Shown here one piece after another: positions 29,725 through 40,024 of a DNA stretch of 64,000 bases (position 1 is the stretch's first letter; each line of letters opens with the position of its first letter). Origin of the DNA: an uncultured Desulfosarcina sp. (lineage in GTDB: Bacteria > Desulfobacterota > Desulfobacteria > Desulfobacterales > Desulfosarcinaceae); assembly GCA_963674945.2 (NCBI GenBank), contig CAXXWQ010000004.1, positions 256,001 to 320,000 on the forward strand, read 5' to 3'. The notes under the pieces were generated by a model. It was not told the origin of the DNA and did not search any database. It saw nothing but the letters and a program-made list of their open reading frames with translations. The position numbers and the translations under genes are program-made.

Positions 29725-30945
29725 ATGGCATTGATCGTCCAAAAATACGGCGGCACGTCCGTCGCCGATATCCAGCGGATTCGAAACGTAGCCAATCGTG
29801 TGTGCAGAACATATGATCGGGGAGAAAACGTGGTCGTCATCCTATCTGCCATGGCAGGTGTAACCGATCATCTCATCGGACTGGCCAACGCTGCTACGGA
29901 TGAACCCGATCGAAGAGAATTGGATGTTTTACTTGCCACCGGGGAACAGACCACAGCGGCACTTTTGGCTATGATGCTAAAGGGAATGGGGTACAAGGCA
30001 TGGTCGCTATTGGGACATCAGGCAGAGGTGGTAACCGACTGCGAATACGGCAATGCGCGCATTCTGGAAATCGGAACCGACCGAATCAATCGGTTGTTGT
30101 CGGACCGGAACATTATTGTGGTAGCCGGTTTCCAGGGAGTCGACATCAAAGGGAACATCACCACCCTGGGTCGTGGCGGCTCGGATACATCCGCCGTCGC
30201 CATCGCCGCGGCGCTTTCGGCAGATGTCTGTGAGATTTATACGGATGTAGACGGAATCTATACCGCCGATCCCAACATCTGTCCGAAAGCGAGAAAAATT
30301 AAGGAGATCTCCTACGACGAAATGCTCAACATGGCCAGCCTCGGTGCAAAGGTACTGCAAATTCGCTCTGTGGGTGTGGCCAAAAAGTACAACATTCCCG
30401 TCCACGTCAGATCATCATTTTCAGAGGAGGAAGGCACCATGGTTGTTCAGGAAGACTGTGTAATAGAGCAACTGGTCGTTTCCGGTGTGACACACGATTT
30501 GAATCAAGCGCGCATTACCCTCAAGAAGGTACCCGATCAACCGGGTATCGCGGCAAAAATTTTCTCTCCCGTCTCAGAAGCCGGCATTATCGTGGACATG
30601 ATCATCCAAAATACGCGCGCCGGCGGCCAGACGGACTTGACCTTTACCGTTCCCAAGGCAGAATACAAAAAGGCGATTGAAATCGAAAAGCAGGTAGCAG
30701 AGAAGATCGGCGCGGAAGAGGTTTTCGGCGACCCGCATATCGCCAAGGTTTCTGTTATCGGCGTTGGCATGAAAAATCATAGCGGCGTGGCCTCATTGAT
30801 GTTCAACACGCTGGCACGGGAGAACATCAACATCATCATGATCAGTACGTCCGAGATTCGAATCTCCTGTGTCATCGAGGAAAAATATGCAGAATTGGCT
30901 GTCCGGGTTCTTCACACCGCCTTCGGGTTAGACAGCGAACCGTGA
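29725..30945 (+). CDS. lysC: aspartate kinase
   Basis: VQKYGGTSV, VAGFQG, TLGRGGSDTSA, two ACT domains. Confidence 0.97.
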   Translation: MALIVQKYGGTSVADIQRIRNVANRVCRTYDRGENVVVILSAMAGVTDHLIGLANAATDEPDRRELDVLLATGEQTTAALLAMMLKGMGYKAWSLLGHQAEVVTDCEYGNARILEIGTDRINRLLSDRNIIVVAGFQGVDIKGNITTLGRGGSDTSAVAIAAALSADVCEIYTDVDGIYTADPNICPKARKIKEISYDEMLNMASLGAKVLQIRSVGVAKKYNIPVHVRSSFSEEEGTMVVQEDCVIEQLVVSGVTHDLNQARITLKKVPDQPGIAAKIFSPVSEAGIIVDMIIQNTRAGGQTDLTFTVPKAEYKKAIEIEKQVAEKIGAEEVFGDPHIAKVSVIGVGMKNHSGVASLMFNTLARENINIIMISTSEIRISCVIEEKYAELAVRVLHTAFGLDSEP

Positions 30946-30956
30946 AGCGATTTTCT

Positions 30957-30989
30957 GCAGACCAGATCCGTTTCGTTATCCTGGTCTGC
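30957..30989. terminator. stem-loop between convergent lysC and pyrF
   Basis: GCAGACCAG...CTGGTCTGC inverted repeat. Confidence 0.55.
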
Positions 30990-31018
30990 GTTGTACTTTT
31001 GGCCCTTACCCTGTGGCG

Positions 31019-31774
31019 CTACTTCTCAACGTGAGCATTGGGCTCACCGGCCGACGATAATTCCCGGCGGATTTGCTTTGCGATCGTTTGTGCCGCGACT
31101 TTTGGGTCGGCAGCATCCCGGATGGGCCTGCCGATCACGATATAATCGGCGCCCCTCCGGATTGCCTCGACCGGTGTCACCACCCGGGATTGATCGTCTG
31201 CGGGAACCCGGCTGCCGCCGGGTCGGATCCCCGGTGTCACCAATTGAAAATCTTTGCCCAGGATCGTTCGAATCTCTTTCACCTCTTGACCGGAACAAAC
31301 GATGCCGGCACAGCCGGCTGCTTTGGCCATGGCCGCTCTTTCCATGACCAATTGTGACAAATCCGTTGCATACCGGTCTTGAAAGCCTGCCGCGGCGATA
31401 TCCTGCGATGTCACACTGGTGAGAACCGTGACGCCTAACACGTTTACCCTATCGGCAGCTCCTTCCACGGCCGCCTCCAGCATGGACAGGCTCTCACCGC
31501 AGTGAACCGTGGCAAAAAAAACACCGAGATCGGCAACCCGGGACATGGCCCGCTTGACGGTAACGGGGATATCGTGAAGTTTCAGATCCAAAAAGACGTT
31601 GGCCGATCCGGCCTGCCGAATCCATTGAATCACATCCGGCCCGGATCGAATAAACAGCTCAAGCCCCACCTTGAACATCCCGACATCGTCGGCCAAACGA
31701 TCTATCAATGAGCGTGCCGCCTCGGGAGAGGATACATCCAGCGGAAAAACAATATAATCTTTTGCTTGTTTCAT
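31019..31774 (-). CDS. pyrF: orotidine-5'-phosphate decarboxylase
   Basis: FKVGLEL, FLDLKLHDIP, VTPGIR, VIGRPI. Confidence 0.97.
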   Translation of the reverse strand: MKQAKDYIVFPLDVSSPEAARSLIDRLADDVGMFKVGLELFIRSGPDVIQWIRQAGSANVFLDLKLHDIPVTVKRAMSRVADLGVFFATVHCGESLSMLEAAVEGAADRVNVLGVTVLTSVTSQDIAAAGFQDRYATDLSQLVMERAAMAKAAGCAGIVCSGQEVKEIRTILGKDFQLVTPGIRPGGSRVPADDQSRVVTPVEAIRRGADYIVIGRPIRDAADPKVAAQTIAKQIRRELSSAGEPNAHVEK

Positions 31775-31918
31775 AATATCTTTTCGACAGAGAAATTGTT
31801 ACCAATATTTCCGGCGTTGACGCACCAGTTGACACCTTTTGCCCAATTGTGCCATTTTCGGTTTCTAATTTCAATTGCAACCATTGGCAATCCCGATCAT
31901 CGAGTATTATAAAACCCA

Positions 31919-32665
31919 ATGCCCATGAACAATATCAGCATCATCCTCGTTGAACCCCAAGGCCCCATCAATGTCGGATCCGTATGCCGCGCCATGATGA
32001 ACTTCGGTTTCTCTGATCTTCGGCTGGTCAATCCCTGCATGGATTACCAATCCTTACCTGCGCAGAAAATGGCCCTCAAGGCGCAGTCGATATTACATGA
32101 AGCCGTGGTTTACGATGACCTGCGAAAAGCCCTTGACGACTGCCATATCGCTTTTGGCACCACGAGGAGATTCGGGAAATACCGTCAATCGTTTCTATCT
32201 CCGGAGCAGGCCGCAGCCCATGCCATATCGTGTCCATCCGTCTGCCGGGTAGCCCTTGTATTCGGTCGGGAAGACCGGGGACTGCATACCAGCGAACTGG
32301 ATCTTTGCCAACTGTTCGTTACCATTGAAACCCATTCGGCCTATCGGTCCATGAATCTTTCCCAGGCGGTGACGCTCCTGCTTTATGAATTGCACAAGGC
32401 ATCCAACGGAATCGATCCGTCCATTGCGGCTACCGCGTCACCAGCTTCCATAGGAGACATCGAGAACATGCTGCAACATATGCGCCGGACCCTGCTCGAG
32501 ATAGCGTATCTGGATCCCCAGAATCCAGACCATATCCTTCGGTCGTTTCGACGCCTATTGGGACGGACGGGACTAGACGAAAGGGAAGTGCGCATTTTTC
32601 AGGGGTTATGGAGCCGTATCGACTGGATCGAGGGAGAACGGAAAAGGCTTTCCGGAAAGGGATAA
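31919..32665 (+). CDS. trmJ: TrmJ/LasT SPOUT RNA methyltransferase
   Basis: NVGSVCRAMMNFG, FGREDRGL, SMNLSQAV. Confidence 0.93.
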   Translation: MPMNNISIILVEPQGPINVGSVCRAMMNFGFSDLRLVNPCMDYQSLPAQKMALKAQSILHEAVVYDDLRKALDDCHIAFGTTRRFGKYRQSFLSPEQAAAHAISCPSVCRVALVFGREDRGLHTSELDLCQLFVTIETHSAYRSMNLSQAVTLLLYELHKASNGIDPSIAATASPASIGDIENMLQHMRRTLLEIAYLDPQNPDHILRSFRRLLGRTGLDEREVRIFQGLWSRIDWIEGERKRLSGKG

Positions 32666-32683
32666 CGGTCGATATCATCTCAA

Positions 32684-32875
32684 TCATGCCAGATTGAAGG
32701 CGATGACCACCAGCCCGATGACGACACTGATGATGAAAAAAAAGGTCTCGTTATTTCGCATGGCATCCACCAACGTGCCACCGGTTCGTTTCACCTCGGA
32801 ATAGGCGGACAGAAATGCCAATCCCATGATCAGCCAAAAAACCAATACGGTCAAAATCAGCGTTTGTGTATTCAT
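32684..32875 (-). CDS. small 2-TM hypothetical protein
   Basis: GGAGG upstream of ATG 32875, two hydrophobic segments. Confidence 0.65.
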   Translation of the reverse strand: MNTQTLILTVLVFWLIMGLAFLSAYSEVKRTGGTLVDAMRNNETFFFIISVVIGLVVIAFNLA

Positions 32876-33240
32876 GCCATGGGCCTCCAAACAACGATCG
32901 ATACTGGATGATCACTTGTCTATCGTTAAAGAAGGGCATTTGTCAAAACGAAAATGGTGAGCCCCCGAACACATTGGGGATCGTTGGGGGCTCTTGGAGT
33001 GAGAGGAGGTAAGATTGGAAGCTGAGCGAATATTCATCTTCCGAAATTACAGATCCCTCCTACCCCAAAAGGTTACAATGTGGTACCCATAAAATCCGTT
33101 TTTTTCAAACGTCGGCATTGCCCGTCGTTACAAGGCCGCTTTACCACATCGCCGCCTTTTTGCAGCAGTGTGTTTGCTATAAGAGCCAAGGGATGCTCGA
33201 CCGGTAAAACGGCGATTCAACACAGCAAAGGAAGTGTGCC

Positions 33241-33561
33241 GTGCCAAAAATAACGCCATCCAACACGAATCTTTTCAGACGCGTCCTCATCGATCTTCGT
33301 TTGCTGGTCATGTTACTTCGTGATTACGCCAAGGGTCGATATCGTGACATATCCCCGCTTTCGGGCATCGTCTTCATTCTTGCCGTGGCATACATTTTAA
33401 TTCCCACCGACTTGATCGGCGATTTTGTGCCAGGACTGGGCCAACTTGACGACATGGCCATTTTTCTCGTCTGTCTCTATTATCTGGAAAAAGACCTGTA
33501 TCGGTATCGGCAGTGGAAAGAGGGAGACCCGTTATCGGACGACAAAAAAACAGACATCTGA
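33241..33561 (+). CDS. YkvA/DUF1232 family membrane protein
   Basis: YILIPTDLIGDFVPGLGQLDD motif. Confidence 0.9.
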   Translation: MPKITPSNTNLFRRVLIDLRLLVMLLRDYAKGRYRDISPLSGIVFILAVAYILIPTDLIGDFVPGLGQLDDMAIFLVCLYYLEKDLYRYRQWKEGDPLSDDKKTDI

Positions 33562-33703
33562 CCGAGACCGATGTGACCGTTTTCACTCAGCGACTTTTGT
33601 AAACGGCAAAAGATATTGACGAATCGGTAATGGCGAAGTAGGCAAAAAGAAGAGGTGAGACGATTAAAAAAATGAACCGGCTGGAGGGAATGGAAAGAGA
33701 TGA

Positions 33704-34325
33704 AAATTCGTTGATTCCATCGGATTTGTGGGCCTGGATCGGCCGGCACCACAGGAGCACTTCGATGTGGATGTGCTGCGGGCGGTGATTAAAACGTTGA
33801 ATGCGTTGAGAGGGAATATCGATCTGGTTATCAATACCGGCGATTCCCTGGACATCGGGACGATGCCCGAGCTTATTGCCTTTTTGGCCGAGATGAACAA
33901 CCTTGACATACCCTGGTTCCAAACCATTGGTAACCACGATCGGTTGGGGTTGGGAAACATACCCCCCGGACTCCTGGATGCCTTTTCGGACTTGAACTTC
34001 CTGGACAAAACGGATTTTATCGAAAAACACTTTCCCGGCATGGGGGATCCGGGCGTCGAATCCTTCGGCTCCCGCGCCAAGGGGTTTCTGGGAGATCCAG
34101 ACCGCCTCGCTCATCGACTTTCCCCAGCAGCCCCGCATCCTGGAAATCATCGACAACGAGGCCGGTACCGGTACTATCCAGTCATACGTTTTCAACCAGC
34201 GGGCCGGGGGCGATATAGGAAAAAACGCTCTGGCATCCCTTGCCTCCGAAAGAAAAGAAAAATTCGACGGATCGAGAATGCCCGAGGATCGCAACGTACG
34301 GCTTTTGTTCCAGATGCCTGGGTGA
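33704..34325 (+). pseudogene. calcineurin-like metallophosphoesterase remnant (TIGR03767/03768-like), 5'-truncated with an internal deletion and frameshift
   Basis: frame 1: PQEH..INTGDS..IGNHD; shift at ~34086 to FWEIQTASLIDFPQQPRILEI..DRNVRLL, stop at 34325. Confidence 0.75.
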
Positions 34326-34354
34326 TGATACCGATTGGTTACAAAACATTGGTG

Positions 34355-34594
34355 TTAGTGCCCTTTTATTTCCTCAAACGGCTTACCCTCATCCTTGCCG
34401 ACCCATTTCACAACACCGGTCACTGTATCAATTACAAAGAGATCAGAAAAACCGCCCCTGTTGATTACACTCAATCGATACCTGCCGATTTGGTCGGGTC
34501 CGTTACTGTGAGTCGTTCCGGTTAGAAATAGAGATGCAAGCACAATCCCGATAACGAGCAATCCAAGTGTACGGTTGTGTTTACGATTTTCCAT
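34355..34594 (-). CDS. small exported/membrane-anchored hypothetical protein
   Basis: AGGAGG RBS, N-terminal hydrophobic segment, 79 aa. Confidence 0.7.
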   Translation of the reverse strand: MENRKHNRTLGLLVIGIVLASLFLTGTTHSNGPDQIGRYRLSVINRGGFSDLFVIDTVTGVVKWVGKDEGKPFEEIKGH

Positions 34595-35041
34595 GTTATA
34601 CCCCTCCTTTCATAAGATGATGCGGAACAATCGATCGACAAAATCATGGTACGCGCCTACGCTCCGGGGCACCCATTTTGGATTGTCTTTGCATCATTTT
34701 GGGCTGTCATAACGATATGACGGTTCGAGTGCCACTTATTTCAATTGCAGGCAGCAGCGGGTTTGGATATTTTCAGCAGCGCAAGCGGGCACCGTCTGAA
34801 TGGATTCGGCAGCCTCTCAACGAATCAATATTCAGTCAAATGAACCGGTTGAACCACGGTTCGGTGGGAAACCCCGATCTGGGCTGACGCCCTGCCGAAC
34901 AGACGAGTTTTGGTTTGATCCCTGTGTCGGATATGGGTATTGTTGTAAATGAATAGCAGGTCCCCCTGCTGAATTCCATTAGAATTTAAGCTTCGTACAT
35001 CAAGGGCCTCGAGAGTTTACTTCTCATCTCCTGACGATGGT

Positions 35042-36127
35042 CTATCGATTCGAAAATTGCGCATGGGCGGAGAGGATGATCTGTTCGGTCTCCTCCCAGC
35101 CGATACAGGCGTCGGTAATCGAAACAAAGGGATTGAGATCCTCTTTACGGGTTTCTCCATAGACAAAGGGCTGGGTTCCCTCCTCCACGTTGCTCTCCAG
35201 CATCATGCCGCGAATCGCCTTGTTGGGCTTGATCTCGATTCCGTTGGTGAGGCCGAATCTCTGAATGAGAAGGTGATTGAAGACCTCTTTTTGTTTTCTA
35301 TGATCTTTTCCCGAATTTTTGTGGGAACAATCCACGATCAAAGACTGATTCAGGGAAGGATGCCTGGCCAGAAGAGAACAGGCCTCGGCGATGCTGACCG
35401 GATCGTAGTTGGGCCTTTTTCCGCCTCGCAATACGATATGGCAATACTGATTCCCCTTGGAAAATACCCTGGATGTGACGCCGAAAGGATCGTTACCCAC
35501 GAAAACCTGGGGGCTCGAAGCGGCCAGCAACGCATTGATGGCCGTAGCCAGATTACCGTCGGTTCCGTTTTTAAACCCGACCGGCATGGAAAAGGCGCTG
35601 GCCCACTCCCTGTGATTTTGCGATTCGGTGGTCCTTGCACCGATACAGGCCCATGCGATCAGACCGGACAACCGCTCTGCAGCAGTCTGGCTCAAAATTT
35701 CCGTTCCCGCTGCCACACCCATCTCATTCAGCCCCGTCAGTATTCTTCTCGCTTTTCGCAGGCCCTCGTCGATATCGAACGTTTTCTTGTCGATATGAGG
35801 ATCGGAAATGAGCCCCTTAAAACCGACGTTTGTTCGAGGCTTCTCGAAATAGACCCGCATGACCAGCTTGATGGTATCCTTGACCTTTTCCTGTAAACCG
35901 GACAGCAACGCGCCGTATTTCATCGCCTGTCGCTCACTGATAATGGAGCATGGTCCGGTAATGATCAATAGTCTCTCATCCTTGCCATCGAGGATATCCT
36001 TGATCTCCTGCCTGCTGTCCAACACGGTCCGGGTCGCCTTTTCGGTCATGGGAAATTCTTCCCGAAGCTGATCCGGAGTTATGATGGTGGTTCTTTTCAA
36101 CACATTTAAATCGTACGTTTTTTTCAT
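35042..36127 (-). CDS. DAHP synthase class I-alpha (AroF/G/H family)
   Basis: GPCSI, RVYFEKPRT, IGARTTESQ, GFKNGT, VDCSH, SITDAC; start 36127 or 36136. Confidence 0.95.
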   Translation of the reverse strand: MKKTYDLNVLKRTTIITPDQLREEFPMTEKATRTVLDSRQEIKDILDGKDERLLIITGPCSIISERQAMKYGALLSGLQEKVKDTIKLVMRVYFEKPRTNVGFKGLISDPHIDKKTFDIDEGLRKARRILTGLNEMGVAAGTEILSQTAAERLSGLIAWACIGARTTESQNHREWASAFSMPVGFKNGTDGNLATAINALLAASSPQVFVGNDPFGVTSRVFSKGNQYCHIVLRGGKRPNYDPVSIAEACSLLARHPSLNQSLIVDCSHKNSGKDHRKQKEVFNHLLIQRFGLTNGIEIKPNKAIRGMMLESNVEEGTQPFVYGETRKEDLNPFVSITDACIGWEETEQIILSAHAQFSNR

Positions 36128-36322
36128 TCTACACACCTTAGAAGAGCTGTTTTATCATTATCCAACGAAAAACGATGGGCGTTTTTCCGCACACGGCCTT
36201 CGGGCATATTTTTATACTCTCTATCCGGCCATATACGCAAGCCTTGATCTGGCCGAAGCGGAACGTTTCATTTTTCATGGGTCGGTTTACATGGTGATGT
36301 TTTTCGAACATCCTGACCGGTT

Positions 36323-37171
36323 TTACTCCTCGATTTGAACATTGTCCAATAACCGGGTGTTTCCGAATTTGACGGCGAGGGCGATAAGAATGCCCCCCGT
36401 TATGAAATCAACCTCCTGCAGCGTCCGGACATCGACGATCGCCACGTAGTCGATAACCGTACCGGGCACGGAAAGGATCTGCTCTTCGATCCTCTGCCTG
36501 ATCGTCGCTGCGTCGTGTTCGCCATCTTCTATGAGCGCTTTGGCTTTGCATAGGGATTGATACAAGATTGGCGCATTGGCCCGCTGCGTGGCAGTCAGGT
36601 AGGTGTTTCGAGAACTCATGGCCAATCCGTCGGCTTCGCGGTGGATGGGGCAAACGACGACGGTAATATCGAAATTGAGATCTCGAACCATCTGTTGAAT
36701 GATAACCGCCTGTTGGGCGTCCTTTTGCCCGAAGTAGGCGCGGTGGGGCTGAACCAGGTTGAAGAGCTTGGATACGATGGTGGTAACACCGCGGAAATGT
36801 GTTGGACGTGACCTGCCGCAAAGCACCTGGGTCATGGGACCCTCCACCTGGACATAAGTGGTGAAGCCTTCCGGATAGATCGTGTCGACCGTTGGCAGAT
36901 AGGCGATATCCACGGATTCCGCTGCCATCATCTTGCGGTCTCTTTCAATGTCCCTGGGGTAGGCATCGAGGTCTTCGTTGGGACCGAATTGGGTGGGATT
37001 GACGAAAATGCTCACCACGACGATATCGTTTTCTTGGCGCGCTCGCCGCATGAGGGAAAGGTGGCCTTCGTGGAGATACCCCATGGTGGGAACAAAGCCG
37101 ATACGCTTTCCCTTTTCTCGCGCATTCGTGATGGTTTTGTGCAGTTCACGATTGGATTGAATGGTCTGCAT
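36323..37171 (-). CDS. panC: pantoate-beta-alanine ligase
   Basis: VPTMGYLHEGH, SIFVNPTQF, RPTHF, FGQKDAQQ, AMSSRN, RLLDN. Confidence 0.97.
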   Translation of the reverse strand: MQTIQSNRELHKTITNAREKGKRIGFVPTMGYLHEGHLSLMRRARQENDIVVVSIFVNPTQFGPNEDLDAYPRDIERDRKMMAAESVDIAYLPTVDTIYPEGFTTYVQVEGPMTQVLCGRSRPTHFRGVTTIVSKLFNLVQPHRAYFGQKDAQQAVIIQQMVRDLNFDITVVVCPIHREADGLAMSSRNTYLTATQRANAPILYQSLCKAKALIEDGEHDAATIRQRIEEQILSVPGTVIDYVAIVDVRTLQEVDFITGGILIALAVKFGNTRLLDNVQIEE

Positions 37172-37343
37172 AATTCTGTCCCTTTTTGTAAAAACATTGC
37201 AATCGGAAAAATTTACTCAATCTTTTGATGAAATGTCAATGCCAGTTGATAAGACCCGAAAATCCAACCGCTATTACATTTTTTGCAGACTTTTTCATCA
37301 AAATGATGTATTGGAATCCGGTCTTTTCTTTTGCACTGCCAAC

Positions 37344-37420
37344 AGGCCAGTAGCTCGAATTGGTAGAGCACCGGACTCCAAATCCGGGTGTTGGGGGTTC
37401 GAGTCCCTCCTGGCCTGCCA
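37344..37420 (+). tRNA. tRNA-Trp (CCA)
   Basis: acceptor stem AGGCCAG/CTGGCCT, anticodon arm CCGGA-CTCCAAA-TCCGG, GGTTCGAGTCC T-arm, encoded CCA end. Confidence 0.97.
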
Positions 37421-37431
37421 GAGTGATCAAT

Positions 37432-37466
37432 GAAGGGATCCGGCCTTTTGGAGGATCCCTTCTTTT
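37432..37466 (+). terminator. intrinsic terminator after tRNA-Trp
   Basis: GAAGGGATCC...GGATCCCTTC followed by TTTT. Confidence 0.8.
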
Positions 37467-37473
37467 CGTTATT

Positions 37474-38532
37474 TCAGAACAAATATTGGTAGAGAACGCC
37501 GACCACGACCAGACTGCATATCCGCAAGGTTTGGCCGAGAAGCAGCATCTGAATACCCGTAACGGGTGAGAAGATCCCCATATACCGCGGCAACTGGTGC
37601 CGAAGGGCCCGGATGGGAAAGGCGACGATATTTCCCGCCAAGAGTGCGACCACGGTCTGCTTTACATTCAGTACACCTGCATCCATCAAGGCACCTGCCG
37701 CGGCAAAGCCGGAAGTAAATTCCGCGGCGAAACTCAAAATGATCACGGACAATGATTCCACCGGAAGCACGTTGGTGACCACGAACCGTGCCATCCATTG
37801 ACGAATCGCATCGAACTCGCCTGCGGCATTGACCAGGAAAACCAGTGTGTAGATGGGGACCACATAGACGACGATTCGCGCGAGTCGGTCGGGCAGCCGT
37901 CTAAAAATCGCCGATGCAATACCCATGGGCGTCTTTTGCTCATGATGGCGTGTCGTTGGATCCTCATCCGGTTCATACTCCACCTGTCGGTGTGGACAAT
38001 GAAAATGACCATAGAGTGCGACACACAGCATCCGCAATAAGAGGGCCAGAAAAGTCACGACAAAGTAGATCGCACCGGCCCATCCGGTAAGGGGGATAAC
38101 GATAAAAAGAGTGGTGGGAAGGTGAAGAAAATAGGCGGGCACCTGGTTCATGAGATTGCCCAGAAACATCTGCCGCCGGGAAATCTTGTCCTCCTCGAAA
38201 AATCCCAGCAACATGGCGTTGGCCGCCACACCGGAAAAAAAAGCCGTGGTGAAGGCAGCCGCGCATCGGCTTCCCAGATGGCTGAAACGAAACAGTGGTG
38301 CGGCCAAAACAGCCAGGCGGCGGGTCCAGCCTGTGTTCTCAATGGTCTGCCCCACCACCAGCCCCACGGTGATGAAAAAAACCAGTCGAACCAGAGGCCA
38401 GCCCAGCCCCCGAAGCAATCCATGGGTGGCCAGGGACTCAATATACGAGCCTCCCGCAGTCGCCAGCAAAACAGAAACGATCAATGAGACCGCGAGGGAT
38501 TTGTACGGAAACCGCTTATTGGCGTGGGGCAT
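37474..38532 (-). CDS. nucleoside-recognition (Gate) domain membrane protein
   Basis: multi-TM protein, AFTTAFFSGVAANAML; last gene of the cobalamin operon. Confidence 0.75.
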   Translation of the reverse strand: MPHANKRFPYKSLAVSLIVSVLLATAGGSYIESLATHGLLRGLGWPLVRLVFFITVGLVVGQTIENTGWTRRLAVLAAPLFRFSHLGSRCAAAFTTAFFSGVAANAMLLGFFEEDKISRRQMFLGNLMNQVPAYFLHLPTTLFIVIPLTGWAGAIYFVVTFLALLLRMLCVALYGHFHCPHRQVEYEPDEDPTTRHHEQKTPMGIASAIFRRLPDRLARIVVYVVPIYTLVFLVNAAGEFDAIRQWMARFVVTNVLPVESLSVIILSFAAEFTSGFAAAGALMDAGVLNVKQTVVALLAGNIVAFPIRALRHQLPRYMGIFSPVTGIQMLLLGQTLRICSLVVVGVLYQYLF

Positions 38533-39253
38533 GCGTTGTACTCTTCTTTGCCAGTATCAGCGTCCAATATCCCGGTTTTCGCTGTTTCAGCGTTCGGACA
38601 TCCTCGACCACCTCTTCGTCGGCAAGGCCACAATTGATAATGGCCACACTTTGGTCGATCATTTTCGCCTCTTCCAGGGCGTCGGATATGTCGCCGGCGT
38701 TTCGATAGGCCTTCATGAATACGACGTTATCCACGCTACCGGACAATTGTCGAAGCTGTTGTCCGCCCTCCACGCCGGACAATACCAGAAGTGACTCCTC
38801 TCCTTCCACCAGCGGATGGTTGATCCGGGCGGCGGCGGCCTGATACGCAGTGATGCCGGGGGTCGTGATAACCGGGGCTTGGGGCGCCATAGCCATCACA
38901 TATTTCACGATATATCCATAGGTCGCATAGGTCAATGAATCACCCAGGGTGAGAAAGGCAGCGTCATTTCCCTTTTCCAGTTCGGTGATAATGGTGCGGG
39001 CATGGGCCTGCCAGCAGGCCTCTTTTTCTGCCCTGTCTTTTGTCATGGGAAAGGACAGCAAAACAACCCTGCTCGATTCGGGAATGTGCGGACTGGCGAT
39101 GGAAACGGCCTGACTGTGCTTATTCCTCGTGGAGGATGCGGCGAAGATCACCGACACCTTCTGGAGAATCTTGACGGACTTGAGTGGAATGAGGTCTGGA
39201 TCACCGGGGCCGACGCCGATACCGTATAGAGTTCCGTAATGGATCGTGTTCAT
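38516..39253 (-). CDS. cbiL: (cobalt-)precorrin-2 C20-methyltransferase
   Basis: GIGVGPGDPDL, FPM, FLTLGD..YAT, PGITA, VFMK. Confidence 0.92.
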   Translation of the reverse strand: MNTIHYGTLYGIGVGPGDPDLIPLKSVKILQKVSVIFAASSTRNKHSQAVSIASPHIPESSRVVLLSFPMTKDRAEKEACWQAHARTIITELEKGNDAAFLTLGDSLTYATYGYIVKYVMAMAPQAPVITTPGITAYQAAAARINHPLVEGEESLLVLSGVEGGQQLRQLSGSVDNVVFMKAYRNAGDISDALEEAKMIDQSVAIINCGLADEEVVEDVRTLKQRKPGYWTLILAKKSTTHAPRQ

Positions 39254-39296
39254 TGTTTTTCCTATGTGTTTATTTTATGGAGTGTAGATAAACTTG

Positions 39297-39914
39297 CTAA
39301 CTCTCTTCTTTTGCCATCAGTATCAGGGCGTTGACCACAGCGGCGGCCACATTTGACCCGCCTTTTCTGCCCACGTTGGTGATGTATGGCACAGAACGAT
39401 CCAGCAGCAGTTCCTTGGACTCGGCGGCGTTGACGAACCCAACGGGCAATCCGACGACGAGGGCCGGTCGGACGTTTTCCCGGTCCATATGCTCCACCAG
39501 CCGCAAGAGGGCCGTGGGTGCATTTCCCACCACGCAGATGCCGCCATCGATTTCGGAAAGGGCAAGGTCCACAGCCGCCTTGGCCCGCGTGATGCCCTGC
39601 CGATTGGCCGTTTCCGCCACCTTCGCATCGCCCATGTAACAATGTACCGCCCCCCCGAATTGGCCAAGGTCCCGCTTGCGAACACCCTCACGGGCCATGT
39701 TTGTATCGGTCACGATGGTACACCCGTGACGAATGGCCGAAACGCCGCAGGCGATCGCCTCGGGGTGAATTCGAATCGTCTCCTGCCACTCGAAGTCTGC
39801 GCTGGTGTGAATCATCCTGCGGACGACCAGCCATTGTTCCGGTGAGAATCCATGCTCCCCGGCCTCCTGGTCGATGATCTCAAAACTCAATCGTTCGATT
39901 TCGCTGGGTTTCAT
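39297..39914 (-). CDS. cbiC: precorrin-8X methylmutase
   Basis: IERLSF, RMIHTSAD, GNAPTAL, PVGFV..AESK, GRKGGS. Confidence 0.95.
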   Translation of the reverse strand: MKPSEIERLSFEIIDQEAGEHGFSPEQWLVVRRMIHTSADFEWQETIRIHPEAIACGVSAIRHGCTIVTDTNMAREGVRKRDLGQFGGAVHCYMGDAKVAETANRQGITRAKAAVDLALSEIDGGICVVGNAPTALLRLVEHMDRENVRPALVVGLPVGFVNAAESKELLLDRSVPYITNVGRKGGSNVAAAVVNALILMAKEES

Positions 39915-40024
39915 ACGTCGATCCTCTCTTTTTCATATTTCATTATTTATTGAGGCGCAGAAAACCTGGTCCGCTGGACCAAGTCAGAGTTCATTGGCTC
40001 TGCCGTATGATCGCTACAATAATT

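Noticed and set aside
34600..35040. Gene or structured RNA in the 440 nt gap downstream of the DAHP synthase
   Set aside because: Only a motif-free 69 aa TTG ORF and small hairpins; nothing supportable.
36137..36322. Attenuator leader peptide upstream of the DAHP synthase
   Set aside because: The short minus-strand ORFs have no run of Phe/Tyr/Trp codons and there is no clear terminator.
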